64,000 nucleotides of DNA, taken from positions 736,001-800,000 of the forward strand of contig CAVVYR010000006.1 of the NCBI GenBank assembly GCA_963752475.1, read 5' to 3'. The stretch is from an uncultured Chloroflexia bacterium (GTDB lineage Bacteria; Chloroflexota; Limnocylindria; Limnocylindrales; CSP1-4). This document shows positions 43,482-53,636 of this stretch, in pieces; position 1 is the first letter of the stretch, and each line of letters opens with the position of its first letter. Under the pieces are notes generated by a model that saw nothing but the letters and a program-made list of their open reading frames with translations, did not search any database and had not been told where the DNA came from. The position numbers and the translations under genes are program-made.

Positions 43482-44634
43482 GGATCCGCTGGACCAGCCG
43501 ATCCTGGTGTGGGGGGAGGCGCTCCGCGACTACGACTTCGGGCCCGGCCATCCGCTGACGCCCAAGCGCTTCGGCCCCGGCGTGGACCTGCTGCGAGCCG
43601 TCGGCGCCGAGCGCATCGTGGAGCCGGAGGGAGCCTCCGACGAGCGATTGCTGCGGCTGCATGCCCAGCACTACGTCGAGCAGGTCCGTTCGTTCTCCGA
43701 CCATCCCTGGCAGCCCGCCGCCATGGGCATCGGATCGCAGGATGTACCCGCGTTCCACGGTATGCACGAGGTCTCCGCGCTCGTGGCTGGAGGCTCCATC
43801 GGCGCTGTCGAGCGCATCCTCGCGGGAGAAGCCGACCACGCCTTCTCGCCGGCAGGCGGACTGCACCACGCCATGCGCACCCGTGCCGCTGGCTTCTGTG
43901 TCTACAACGACGTGGCCCTGGCCGTGGCCCGGGCGCGGGATGCCGGACACCGGGTGCTCTACATCGACCTCGACGTCCACCACGGTGACGGCGTGGAGGC
44001 CCTCTTCCACGACGACCCGGAGGTACTCACCTTCTCGGTCCACGAGTCGGGTCGTTCGCTCTTCCCGGGAACCGGCATGGTCGACGATATCGGCGAGGGC
44101 AAGGGACAGGGCTTCGCCGTGAACGCGCCGCTCGATCACGGGGTCGGCGACGAGTCCTGGTGGACGGTCGTGGATCAGATGCTGCCAGTGCTCGCAGACA
44201 TGTTCAAGCCATCATTCATCGTGTCGCAGCACGGCTGCGACACCCATGCCCTCGACCCGCTGGCGCATCTGCGGCTGACCACCGCCTCGTACCGGCGGGC
44301 TACGGAGCTGGTGGACAAGCTGGCCCATGAGCACGCCGACGGGCGCTGGTTGGCCACCGGCGGCGGCGGCTACGATGCCTTCCGCGTTGTGCCTCGCTCG
44401 TGGGCGCTGGTGTGGCTGGCGCAGGCACATCGCGAGGTGCCGGCCAAGACGCCGGCCGAGTGGCGGGAGCGCTGGGCCGACGCCGCGGAGGCATTCGGAC
44501 AGGGCCCCATGCCCGTCGAGCTCGTGGATCCGCCCCGTACGGTCGCACCCGACCCCGATGTCATCGTCGCGCGTGAGCTCAAGCGCGCGCGAGAGTCGAT
44601 GATGCAGTCCTTGCGCCTGCAGGCGAGCTGCTAG
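43474..44634 (+). CDS. acuC: Histone-deacetylase-family protein deacetylase (AcuC-like)
   Basis: YDFGPGHPL, GGLHHA, GFCVYND, YIDLDVHHGDG, LFPGTG, GCDTHALDPL, GGGGY. Confidence 0.9.
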   Translation: MIEDPLDQPILVWGEALRDYDFGPGHPLTPKRFGPGVDLLRAVGAERIVEPEGASDERLLRLHAQHYVEQVRSFSDHPWQPAAMGIGSQDVPAFHGMHEVSALVAGGSIGAVERILAGEADHAFSPAGGLHHAMRTRAAGFCVYNDVALAVARARDAGHRVLYIDLDVHHGDGVEALFHDDPEVLTFSVHESGRSLFPGTGMVDDIGEGKGQGFAVNAPLDHGVGDESWWTVVDQMLPVLADMFKPSFIVSQHGCDTHALDPLAHLRLTTASYRRATELVDKLAHEHADGRWLATGGGGYDAFRVVPRSWALVWLAQAHREVPAKTPAEWRERWADAAEAFGQGPMPVELVDPPRTVAPDPDVIVARELKRARESMMQSLRLQASC

Positions 44635-44870
44635 GCAGAACCATCTTGGCGAAGTAGCGAGAAAGGCGGCAGTTCGACCCGGGATGCCCCGACGAGTCGC
44701 CGGTTGTCGACGTCGCAACGCTGCGGATCGAGCTCAGCGCGATTTGCGAAGTGCTGGCCAGCACGGCCCTCGACCCGGGCGCGGTGGTGGTGCCTGGAAT
44801 CAGCGAGCTTCAGATCCGTCGGCGGTGGCGGCCCCGAGCGATGGGGATACGCATCGGCCAGAATGGGCAG

Positions 44871-46277
44871 ATGAGGGACGAGCTTTCGGTCGCCATGACG
44901 CTGGCGTTCTATCCACGCGGCGGATCGGCCCAGGTGGTGCGGTACCTGGGTAGGGCGCTTCAGCGACTCGGAACCGACGTGACGGTGTGCTGTGGGTCGC
45001 TCGGGCCTCCGGGTGTGGCGTCTCACGCTGCGACGTTCTTCGACGGTCTGCCGGTCTACGCGTTGGACTTCAGCGAATCGGTCGCGTGGTTCGGGGACGG
45101 CCGAGATCCGATGGCGGCGCCGGTGCCGATCCACCCTTCGTTCGAGGACCGACCAGGAGTTCCCGACCGCGTGTTCGCTTCGATCGAGTCGGAGGCCTAT
45201 GAGCGGCAGGTCGCGGCATGGCTGGCGCTGCTGAAGGAGGCGGGTGCACCAGACATCTATCACGCCCATCACCTGACCCACGTGAACGATGCCATCCGCG
45301 CCCTTGACGCTCGACCTGTCGTCGCGCACCTCCACGGCACCGAGCTCAAGATGCTCCACGACATCCGCCAGCGGGAGTCGGGCGGGTGGCCGTACGCGGA
45401 GGAGTGGGATCAGCGGCTCGTGGCCGCCGCGCATCGGGCCGATCGCGTCATCGTGATCTCGCCCGCCGATGAGCAGCTCGCGGTCGATCTTCTTGGGCTC
45501 GACCCTGGCCGGATCGAGATCGTGCCCAACGGTGTCGACACGACGGCCTTTGCTCCGGCCGACGCCTCCGCCGCGGACCGGCTGGCCCGATGGCGCCGGT
45601 GGCTGGTCGACGATCCGCAGGGATGGGACGAAAGTGGAGAGCCCGGCACGATCGCCTACACGAAGGAGGAGGTGCACCAGGCCTTCGTGGCGGCCGATAC
45701 CGGCGACCTGCGTCCCGTGCTGCTCTTCGTCGGGCAATTCCTCGACTTCAAGCGCGTGCCGCTCCTCATCCGGGCCTATGCCCTGGTGCGCGAGGCCCTC
45801 GGTGCCGACGCCCCACCGCTGGTCATCTGGGGCGGCTATCCGGGGGAGTGGGAGGGCGAGCATCCCCACACCGTGGCGACCTCGATGGGCGTCGACGGTG
45901 TCTTCTTCGTTGGATGGCATGGACATGACGAACTGGCCATCGGGTTCAACTCTGCCGACGTGTTCGTGGCGCCCTCGGTCGGGGAGCCCTTCGGCCAGGT
46001 CTACCTGGAAGCCATGGCGTGCGGGTTGCCCGTGATCGCAACCAACTCGGGCGGTCCTCCATCGTTCGTGAACACCGATCCGGACCGACCGAACGGTTGG
46101 CTCGTCACGCCCGACGACGCCAGTGATCTTGCCACCGCCTTGATCGAAGCCGCCACCCAGACGAGATCACGCACGGAACGCGGACAGAACGCACGCCGCA
46201 CGGTGGTGAAGCGGTTCGATTGGCTTCGGATCGCAGAGCAAGTCGAAGGCATCTACCACCGGGTTCTGACTCAGTGA
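44871..46277 (+). CDS. Glycosyltransferase family 4 (GT-B)
   Basis: PRGGSAQV, HAHHLT, LHGTEL, VPNGVD, ADVFVAPSVGEPFGQVYLEAMACGLPVIATNSGG. Confidence 0.92.
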   Translation: MRDELSVAMTLAFYPRGGSAQVVRYLGRALQRLGTDVTVCCGSLGPPGVASHAATFFDGLPVYALDFSESVAWFGDGRDPMAAPVPIHPSFEDRPGVPDRVFASIESEAYERQVAAWLALLKEAGAPDIYHAHHLTHVNDAIRALDARPVVAHLHGTELKMLHDIRQRESGGWPYAEEWDQRLVAAAHRADRVIVISPADEQLAVDLLGLDPGRIEIVPNGVDTTAFAPADASAADRLARWRRWLVDDPQGWDESGEPGTIAYTKEEVHQAFVAADTGDLRPVLLFVGQFLDFKRVPLLIRAYALVREALGADAPPLVIWGGYPGEWEGEHPHTVATSMGVDGVFFVGWHGHDELAIGFNSADVFVAPSVGEPFGQVYLEAMACGLPVIATNSGGPPSFVNTDPDRPNGWLVTPDDASDLATALIEAATQTRSRTERGQNARRTVVKRFDWLRIAEQVEGIYHRVLTQ

Positions 46278-46316
46278 TCATCGGCGGCTGAGGCGCGCCT
46301 CCACGTTGAACCTGGT

Positions 46317-47171
46317 TCAGCGGTTCATGCGGTCGGGCGCGTCCTCGGTGGGAACCCGGATGAGCCGCGCGTCGTCGAAGGTGTGCGAGTCGCCGAGGCC
46401 CAGCAGCGTCAGCTCCTGCACGGCGCCGTCGGGCATGCGCGGATTGCCCACGGCGTTGGTGTCGATGCCCAGCGAGTGGCCATCGTGGTGGAAGGTCGGT
46501 CCGTCCCACTGGGGCGTGTGGCCGAAGACGACGCGATCGATGCCGGCAGCGTGGTAGGCCTCGAAGGCATCAGAGTCCCACGGGGTATCGAAGAAGCCCG
46601 AACGCACCCACAGGTGTTCGTCGGTGGTGATGCCGAGGTCGTCGAGTGCGTGCCCCGGCGCCAGCCCGCCGTGGACAAAGAGCACGTCGCGCCAACGCAC
46701 GGCCTGCGGCAGTGAGCCCAGCCACTCGAAGAGCCACGGCGCACAGCGTCGGATGCCGGCCAGCAGCTCGGTGGCGTGCTCCGGATCGAAGTCACCGCAG
46801 CCGAAGGCGTCGACCGTCCCGCGGCCGCCGTAGTCGAGCCAGGTCTCAAGCCACTCGTGAGCGCCGTCAGCCGCCATCAGCGGCATGATCTCGTGGTTGC
46901 CGCGGGCCAGCACGACCGCCCCACCCGCCGCCGCAGCCTCCGACTGCAGACGTCGCAGCAGGGCCACCAGCCCATCGATATCGCCACCACGATCGAGGTA
47001 GTCGCCGCAACCCACCAGTGCGGTCTTCGCCGGCGCCACCCAGCGACCATCCCCGTCGATCAGCCCGGCTTGCTCGAGTGCCGTCACGAGGCCCGAGGTC
47101 ACGCCGTGCGTGTCGCTGAAGGCCCAAACCGCCCAGTCGTGCGGCAGGTGGGGGAGGCGGGCGTCGAACAT
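46317..47171 (-). CDS. Calcineurin-like metallophosphoesterase
   Basis: SDTHG, GDYLDRG, RGNHE, FVHGG, VFGHTP, IDT. Confidence 0.93.
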   Translation of the reverse strand: MFDARLPHLPHDWAVWAFSDTHGVTSGLVTALEQAGLIDGDGRWVAPAKTALVGCGDYLDRGGDIDGLVALLRRLQSEAAAAGGAVVLARGNHEIMPLMAADGAHEWLETWLDYGGRGTVDAFGCGDFDPEHATELLAGIRRCAPWLFEWLGSLPQAVRWRDVLFVHGGLAPGHALDDLGITTDEHLWVRSGFFDTPWDSDAFEAYHAAGIDRVVFGHTPQWDGPTFHHDGHSLGIDTNAVGNPRMPDGAVQELTLLGLGDSHTFDDARLIRVPTEDAPDRMNR

Positions 47172-47263
47172 GGGCCCAGTATCGCCGCCTCCCGCGGCTC
47201 GCGGGCGGAAGCGCCAGAATGGAGCGGGCACGAGATCGTGGCCGCACACGGGGGAACTGAGCA

Positions 47264-47794
47264 ATGACCGACCTGACCTCGGCGGAGGCGCTGCGGGAGG
47301 CGGCCCTGGCGCAGGCCGACGCCTACTACCTCGACGACGCTCACCCGTACGGGTGCGCCGAAACCACCTTCATGACGCTCAAGGGCGTCTACGGGCTTGA
47401 CGACCCGGCGGACCCCGCAGCCGCCATCGCCCTCAATGGCGGCATCGGCTACAGCGGCGGGCCCTGCGGCGCGGTCACCGGCGCGGCCCTGGCCGTGGGC
47501 CTGCTGGCCGAGCGACGCATCGCGGACCACAAGAAGGCGAAGTTGGTCGCTCGCGAGCTGGTGCACGGCACGATGGAGGCCTTCAGCCGGGAGCACGGCG
47601 CCATCGACTGCCGCCAGCTCATCGGCTACGACCTGCGCGCTCCCGGAGAGCACGACGCCTTCATCGAGAGCGGTCTCTGGCGTGAGGCCTGCGCCGGTCA
47701 GATCAGGTTCGTAGTAGGACACCTCGCGGTGTTGGCCGACGATGAGGCCTGGGAGACGGCGGTAGACCGAGTCGAGGCGCGACCGGCAACCTGA
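47264..47794 (+). CDS. C-GCAxxG-C-C family (putative redox-active) protein
   Basis: GCAE, GGIG...CGAVTG, DCRQL, AC motif order. Confidence 0.88.
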   Translation: MTDLTSAEALREAALAQADAYYLDDAHPYGCAETTFMTLKGVYGLDDPADPAAAIALNGGIGYSGGPCGAVTGAALAVGLLAERRIADHKKAKLVARELVHGTMEAFSREHGAIDCRQLIGYDLRAPGEHDAFIESGLWREACAGQIRFVVGHLAVLADDEAWETAVDRVEARPAT

Positions 47795-47808
47795 ACCCAG
47801 ACACGGAA

Positions 47809-47840
47809 AGAGCCCTCCCGCCTACCAGCGGGAGGGCTCT
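47809..47840. terminator. Stem-loop between convergent genes
   Basis: AGAGCCCTCCCG-N8-CGGGAGGGCTCT; followed by TTCC on the minus strand. Confidence 0.7.
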
Positions 47841-47870
47841 GATCAGCCGTGTCACACGGCCATCTGTCGA

Positions 47871-49223
47871 CTACCAGGTGCAGACACCATCGTCGTCGCA
47901 CTCGGCTTCTGACTTGGCGATATCGAGGATCTCGAGGCCCTGATCGGGATCGAGAACCACGATGTCACCCTTGGTCCCGTCGTCATTGAACGGGGTGTAC
48001 GACGGGGTCACCGCGTTGACGCCGGTAGGCGTGTACGTGGCGGGTCCTGTCGCGCCGTCATAGTTGATGGCCTTACCCTCGCGCAGGAGAGCCAGGCACT
48101 CCTCGTACAGGTAGCAGGCTTCGCCGTCGGCGTCGCCGACCGCATACATGGCCGGCACCCAGTCGGAAACGTTGTACGATTCTGCCTGCTCGATGGCCAG
48201 GGCCGTATGGACCAGGAGGTCATAGCCGGAAAACGCGTACGGAGTCGTCGCGTCGTACGGCGGACACTCGGCCACGCCCTCGGTGCAGCCTTCCTGCGCG
48301 TTCCACAGCTCCTCGTAGAACTGCCAGCCTGGCGAGTCGAAGTTGGGTGCAAAGGCAGCGAAGCCGATGGCTTCTTGCGTGGGGATGGGATCGGTTCCGA
48401 GTGAGCCGATGAACTCGGCCTCGCTCCAGCCGGTCTCACCGATCCAGTTGAGTGCGAGGCCGGCCTCCGCCGCTGCCTTGATCATGTTGGCGGATTCCAC
48501 GGATCCCGCCTGCATGAGGACAGCGTCCGGTTCCAGGTCGAAGATCCTCTGGGCCTCGGCCCGATACGACGCCTGCTCCGGTGGAGCGTCGATACGGTCC
48601 AGCACGTTGAGGCCGAGGGCCTCGGCAGCCTTCTCCTCGGCGTTCGCCGCCAGCTGGAAGCCCTCCACCTCGGTGGCGAAGATCACGACGTCTTCAGCGC
48701 CGATCGAGTCGGCGTACAGTGCCCCGGCGACGCCGAGCATGTCGTCGACACCCTGGGCTCGGAAGAGCGGCTCTTCGACGCTCCCGCCGAGGTTGCCCGG
48801 GATGGCCCCGCCGTGGATGGTCGGCGCGAGCGGCGCGTCGTTCTCTGCCCACTGCTCGAGCATGTAGTCACGGTAGTTGCGGTACTGGTGAGCCATGCTC
48901 ACGATGATCTCGGCACCGTGCTGCTCGATACACTTCCTGGCCGCCTGGCCCTCCATGTCATCTCCGATGTCCTCGGAGATGAGCGCCCATGGGCGTCCGA
49001 GCGGTGGGTCCACGTTGATGACCTCATCGATGACGAAGCGGACATCGTTCGTGAGGCTGGGTCCGTACGAGGCGAAGCTTCCGGTGTAGTAGGCGAGCTC
49101 GCAGACTTCGACCGGTTCAGCTTCATCCTGTGCCGCGACGCCTACGCTGAGCGACGTGGCGAGGAGGGTCGCCCCGGCGATCGACGCCGCGAAGCGACCT
49201 GCTTGCTTGCTCCTCAAGTTCAT
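47871..49223 (-). CDS. ABC transporter substrate-binding protein (Liv/HAAT type)
   Basis: Signal peptide; TGSFASYG..., SYRAEAQRI...PDAV, INYDGATG; AGGAG SD. Confidence 0.85.
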   Translation of the reverse strand: MNLRSKQAGRFAASIAGATLLATSLSVGVAAQDEAEPVEVCELAYYTGSFASYGPSLTNDVRFVIDEVINVDPPLGRPWALISEDIGDDMEGQAARKCIEQHGAEIIVSMAHQYRNYRDYMLEQWAENDAPLAPTIHGGAIPGNLGGSVEEPLFRAQGVDDMLGVAGALYADSIGAEDVVIFATEVEGFQLAANAEEKAAEALGLNVLDRIDAPPEQASYRAEAQRIFDLEPDAVLMQAGSVESANMIKAAAEAGLALNWIGETGWSEAEFIGSLGTDPIPTQEAIGFAAFAPNFDSPGWQFYEELWNAQEGCTEGVAECPPYDATTPYAFSGYDLLVHTALAIEQAESYNVSDWVPAMYAVGDADGEACYLYEECLALLREGKAINYDGATGPATYTPTGVNAVTPSYTPFNDDGTKGDIVVLDPDQGLEILDIAKSEAECDDDGVCTW

Positions 49224-49268
49224 GAACGTTCTCCTCCTGCTGTGGCCTGGACCGAGGTCATGTGGGTA

Positions 49269-49985
49269 TCAGATCCGATAGCCCTCCTTCAGCTGCTGTG
49301 TTGTCACTTCGGCGGCGTCCACTACCGCGGTGGATTCACCAAGATTGAGCACCATCACGCGATCGGCGACCTGCAAGGCCTTGGTCGCGTTCTGCTCGGC
49401 GAGAACGATAGCTACCCCCCGAAGCAGGTGCATCTCTCTGACCTTGCCCATGAAGAGGTCGACGTAGAGCGGCGACAGCCCGGCCGTCGGTTCGTCGAGG
49501 AGCAGGACCTTGGGGTCTTGCATCAGGGCTCGTCCGCAGGCGACCATCCGGGACTCCCCACCACTCAACGTGCCGGCCATCTGACCCTGCATGTCCTTGA
49601 TCGCGGGGAACAGCTCGAACACCTCACCTAGCCGTTCCTCGTAGGGGCGAACGCCGATCATGCCGCCGACCCTCAGGTTCTCCGAGACGGTGAGGTCTGG
49701 GAAGACGCCTTGCTCCTGGGGTACGTAGGCGATGCCCCGGGCCGCGGTCTGGAAGGGGCGCAGATGAGAAACGTCCTCCTCCACGAAGCGGATGGTGCCG
49801 CCCATCAGCGGAAGCAGACGCGCCAGGGTGGCGAGGAGCGTGGTCTTGCCGGCACCGTTGGCGCCCAGCACAGCGAAGACCTCGCTGCCGACCGTGAAGT
49901 CCAGGCCCTTCAGGACCGTGACGCCGTGGTAGCCGCTCTTGAGTCCGCTGACCTCGATGATGCCAGGGGCCGGTGTCTCAGACAT
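49269..49985 (-). CDS. ABC ATP-binding protein (LivF-like)
   Basis: GANGAGKTT, YVPQ, AGTLSGGE, LLDEPTAGLSP, EQNA. Confidence 0.93.
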   Translation of the reverse strand: MSETPAPGIIEVSGLKSGYHGVTVLKGLDFTVGSEVFAVLGANGAGKTTLLATLARLLPLMGGTIRFVEEDVSHLRPFQTAARGIAYVPQEQGVFPDLTVSENLRVGGMIGVRPYEERLGEVFELFPAIKDMQGQMAGTLSGGESRMVACGRALMQDPKVLLLDEPTAGLSPLYVDLFMGKVREMHLLRGVAIVLAEQNATKALQVADRVMVLNLGESTAVVDAAEVTTQQLKEGYRI

Positions 49986-50772
49986 GCCCCTCTCCCAGGT
50001 ACTTCTCGACGACCGTGCGGTGCTCACGGATGGTCTCTGGTTCACCGTCGAGGACCACCTTTCCCTCGGCCATGAAGTGAACCTTGTCACACAGGCTCCA
50101 GATGACGTTGAGATCGTGCTCGACGATGACCACGGTCGTGTCCTCGGAAGCGAGTCGTCTCATCTCGTCCATGACCTTCTCGGTCAGATCTTCGGGCAGG
50201 CCAGCGGTCGGTTCGTCCATGAGCAGGAAGCTGGGCTTGAGGAGCAGGCAGCGCACGATGTCGAGCAGCTTCTTCTCTCCCGCCGAGAGGGCGAAGGTGG
50301 TGGGGTCATCGAAGCCGAAGTAGTCGAGGTAGTGGCGCATCTCCTCCTCATGAGCCTCGAAGACGGTCTTCTCGGACAAGACCCGGTAGGGCTGCTCGTA
50401 CCTGGATTCCGCGACCGACAGCAGCAGCGAATCCCAGATGGTCAGCTTCTCGAAGTCCATGATGACCTGGTTCGATTTCACCACACCGTGGTGTGCGATC
50501 TTCTGGGCCGGCAGCGATGAGAGCACGACGTCGCGGTCATCCGGCGTGTGGAGCGTGACCGTTCCCCTGTCCAGTGGCAGCGAGTGCATGACCATACGCA
50601 TCAACGTGGTCTTGCCCGCGCCGTTGGGTCCGATGAGTCCTTCGATGGGCGTCTCGCCCAGCACCAGGTCCTCGACGTCGACGACGACACGGCCCGAGAA
50701 GGACTTGACCGCATCCTTCACGCGGATCCGAGGTCGCGTCACCTCAGGCTGGGTCACGGCTTCACTTGCCAT
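49978..50772 (-). CDS. ABC ATP-binding protein (LivG-like)
   Basis: GLIGPNGAGKTT, MDEPTAG, VEHDL, VVEKYLG. Confidence 0.92.
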   Translation of the reverse strand: MASEAVTQPEVTRPRIRVKDAVKSFSGRVVVDVEDLVLGETPIEGLIGPNGAGKTTLMRMVMHSLPLDRGTVTLHTPDDRDVVLSSLPAQKIAHHGVVKSNQVIMDFEKLTIWDSLLLSVAESRYEQPYRVLSEKTVFEAHEEEMRHYLDYFGFDDPTTFALSAGEKKLLDIVRCLLLKPSFLLMDEPTAGLPEDLTEKVMDEMRRLASEDTTVVIVEHDLNVIWSLCDKVHFMAEGKVVLDGEPETIREHRTVVEKYLGEGHV

Positions 50773-51709
50773 GGAGCTTGCTCATGAGCTTGTCTCGCCG
50801 CATGTCGCCTAGGATGCCGAGCGGACGGAAGATCAGGATGACGATGAGCGCGGCTCCGAAGACGGCCTCCCGGAGGACCGGGATCGTCTGGGTGTACCAC
50901 TCTCGAGGGAGCGGCAGATACGACTGGACCAGGATGTCGAAGAGGCCGACGGTCATAGCGACGCCCACCACGGCACCCCAGACGCGCGCGCTTCCGCCCA
51001 GCACGAGTCCGACCATCGCCGCCAGGGTCACGGTCACACCGATCTGCCCGACATCCAGGTACCGCAACTGCACGCCGGCCAGCGCGCCGAGCAGACCCAT
51101 CCCAGCAGAGGTGACGGTGAAGAGTCCGAGCTTGGCGCGGTAGGTCGACTTGCCCAGGCTGCGCGCCAGTGGCTCGTTGCCGCCGATGCCGATGAGCAGT
51201 CGGCCGTAGGGTGAGCGATGGACCTGTCTAGCGAACAGGAAGATGCCGACGACGACAGCGGCGACAACGAGTAGCCAGACGAACTCGTCCTCCTTCACCT
51301 TGCCCACGTCGAAGGGGATCCGCAGTCCGCCCAAGCCGCGTGAGCCCCCGGTCCACTGGTCCTCCGTGGTGGCTAGGATCTGCACCGCGGCGGCGAAGCC
51401 GAGCGTGGTTACGAGCACGCCGTCGGTGTCCTGGTCAGAGATGAACCAGCCCACGACCAGGCCGGCGATACCGGTGACGACCGTGGCGATGGCAGTGCAC
51501 ACGAGGAACTGCCAGGGGTCGCCGAACGGCCAGTCGATCTGAACGTAGAGCACTCCGAACACGAACATGCCCAGGCCCCAGAAACCGACCACGCCGAAGT
51601 TGGCGATGCGCGTGAGGCCCAGCTGCAGGTGCAGCAGCAGCGCGAGGCCCGTGATCATCACGACCTGGAAGAGGCCGGTGATCAGGAAGGAGTCGAGCCA
51701 GTCAAGCAT
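50762..51709 (-). CDS. ABC permease (LivM-like)
   Basis: LQLGLTRIANFG, TGGSRGL, SPYGRLL, LARSLGK, RPLGILG. Confidence 0.9.
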   Translation of the reverse strand: MLDWLDSFLITGLFQVVMITGLALLLHLQLGLTRIANFGVVGFWGLGMFVFGVLYVQIDWPFGDPWQFLVCTAIATVVTGIAGLVVGWFISDQDTDGVLVTTLGFAAAVQILATTEDQWTGGSRGLGGLRIPFDVGKVKEDEFVWLLVVAAVVVGIFLFARQVHRSPYGRLLIGIGGNEPLARSLGKSTYRAKLGLFTVTSAGMGLLGALAGVQLRYLDVGQIGVTVTLAAMVGLVLGGSARVWGAVVGVAMTVGLFDILVQSYLPLPREWYTQTIPVLREAVFGAALIVILIFRPLGILGDMRRDKLMSKLHGK

Positions 51710-51713
51710 CGTG

Positions 51714-52586
51714 CTACACCTTCACCGCTTCAGCCAGCTTGTGACCCCGCAACTTGAGCAGGATGACGAAGCCAACGATCAGTACCAGATGCGAGTAGAG
51801 GATGTGGTCGAACGTGAGCGCCATAGCCGTGAGTGCGACTCCGGTGGCCAGTCCCACGGCGATGACGCCGCCCAGCCCCCACGCTCCGCCAACAAGGACC
51901 ACGAGCAGGATGAACAGGAACTGCTGCCAGCCGAGCAGCGGGGCCACCGAAGAGCTGACCCCATAGAACGTACCCGCCAGGCCGCCGGCTGCCCCGGCCA
52001 CGAACCAGATCATCATCGTCACGGCCAACGGCCGGATGCCGCTCACTTGAGCGAGGTTCTCATCGGCGGCCAGGGCGCGGGCCTGGAGCCCGAACCTGGT
52101 CCGGCGGATGAAGAGGTAGAGCAGCAGTGCCAGGACGATGACGGTCACGAGCGCCACCAGCCTGAACGAGGAGATCCCTACGTCGAAGATGTAGATCGTC
52201 TCCGCGGGCGGGAGGTCGAAGAACCGACGCGGGTAGCCGAAGATGAACTGCAGCCCGTGTCGCAGGAAGATCGAAAGGCCGAAGGAGATGATGATCATCT
52301 CGAGCACGCCGACACCGCGCTGTTTGGCCGGGCGGAAGATCAACAGGTACGTACCGACCGAGAGAACCCCGCTCAGGATGGCTGTCGGGATGAGGACCGC
52401 GAAGAAGTCCAGCTCGAAGGTCGTGTTCAGCCACATGCCGAAGTAGGCACCGAGCGTGATCGTTTCCGAATAGGCCACGTTGATGAGCCCGGTGAGGCGG
52501 TAGATGAGGGCGAAACCGATCGCCGCCAGCACCAGGGGCGCGTGCTCGGTGAGGCCGATGACCACCGACTGCGCGATGAAGTCCAT
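51714..52586 (-). CDS. ABC permease (LivH-like)
   Basis: AIGFALIY..INVA, TRFGLQARALAADENLAQVSGI, LVGG. Confidence 0.9.
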   Translation of the reverse strand: MDFIAQSVVIGLTEHAPLVLAAIGFALIYRLTGLINVAYSETITLGAYFGMWLNTTFELDFFAVLIPTAILSGVLSVGTYLLIFRPAKQRGVGVLEMIIISFGLSIFLRHGLQFIFGYPRRFFDLPPAETIYIFDVGISSFRLVALVTVIVLALLLYLFIRRTRFGLQARALAADENLAQVSGIRPLAVTMMIWFVAGAAGGLAGTFYGVSSSVAPLLGWQQFLFILLVVLVGGAWGLGGVIAVGLATGVALTAMALTFDHILYSHLVLIVGFVILLKLRGHKLAEAVKV

Positions 52587-52670
52587 CAGCCGTTGAGCCG
52601 GATCCGCCGGTCAGCGGTCCGGGGCCTCGTCGCTCCGCGGGGACTGGTTTCGGTCATCCGATCCTCGACC

Positions 52671-53636
52671 CTACTCGCAGCTCGTTACCGGGCCATCGCT
52701 GGCCATCAGCTTCTGTACCCGCTGGGCCACACGCTCGGCCGACAGACAATACATGTCCAGCAGCTCCTCATCGGTGGCAGACTCGGTGTAGTGGTCCTGC
52801 AGGCCGATGCGATCGACGCGCGTGGGGCGGTGCTCGCTGAGCGTCTCGGCCACCGCGCCACCGAGGCCACCGATGACGGTGTGCTCCTCGATGGTCACGA
52901 CGCGGCCGGTCTTCTCCGCGGCCTCGATGACGCCGGCCACGTCGATCGGCTTGATCGTGGGCATGTGCACCACGTGCGCCTCGATGCCGGCAGCCGCGAG
53001 GATGTCGGCGGCGTCCACCACGCGGGGCGTCTGGGTGCCGGTGCTGATGAGCGTGATGTCGCGGCCCTCGCGCACGGTCTTGACGCGACCGAACTGGAAC
53101 TTGTGTCCGGGCTCGAAGAGCACCTGGGTGGTGTCGCGCACGAGCCGGATGAAGACCGGGCCGTCGTACTCGACCGACCAGGCCAGGACCTCTCGGGTCT
53201 CGACCTCATCCGCAGGCGAGATGACGACCATGCCGGGCATGGCCCGCGCGATGGAGATGTCATCGACGATCTGGTGGGTCTTGCCCGCCTTGCCCGTGAA
53301 GAGGCCGCAGTAGCCGGCGGTGATCTTGACGTTCGCGCCGGTCTGCGCGATGAGCACCCGGATCTGGTCCAGCGGGCGGTGCAGGGCGAAGGCCACGAAG
53401 GTGCTGATGAAGGGCATCAGGCCGACCTTGGCCATGCCCGCGGCGACGCCCAGCATGTTCTGCTCGGCGATGCCCATCTGGTAGTAGCGCTCGGGGTAGG
53501 CGTCCTCGAAGAGCTTGGCCTGGGTGGAGCTGCCGAGGTCACCGTCGAGCATCACGATGCGGTCGTCCCTGCCCGCGAGCTCGGTCACGGTCTCGCCGAA
53601 GACGAGGCGTAGCTGCTTGCCCATCGGCAACGTCAT
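52671..53636 (-). CDS. Transketolase, C-terminal (pyrimidine-binding) subunit
   Basis: DGDLGSST, MGIAEQNM, GKTHQ, GPVFIRL, TIKPID, EEHTVIGGLG. Confidence 0.93.
   Translation of the reverse strand: MTLPMGKQLRLVFGETVTELAGRDDRIVMLDGDLGSSTQAKLFEDAYPERYYQMGIAEQNMLGVAAGMAKVGLMPFISTFVAFALHRPLDQIRVLIAQTGANVKITAGYCGLFTGKAGKTHQIVDDISIARAMPGMVVISPADEVETREVLAWSVEYDGPVFIRLVRDTTQVLFEPGHKFQFGRVKTVREGRDITLISTGTQTPRVVDAADILAAAGIEAHVVHMPTIKPIDVAGVIEAAEKTGRVVTIEEHTVIGGLGGAVAETLSEHRPTRVDRIGLQDHYTESATDEELLDMYCLSAERVAQRVQKLMASDGPVTSCE

Noticed and set aside
51567-53612. Long antisense ORFs (this one, the 5' part of 2219..4438, 55041..56993, 57726..59441, 40093..41622 and others)
   Set aside because: Shadow ORFs expected opposite real genes in high-GC DNA; they have no motifs, and the opposite strand has clear family signatures.
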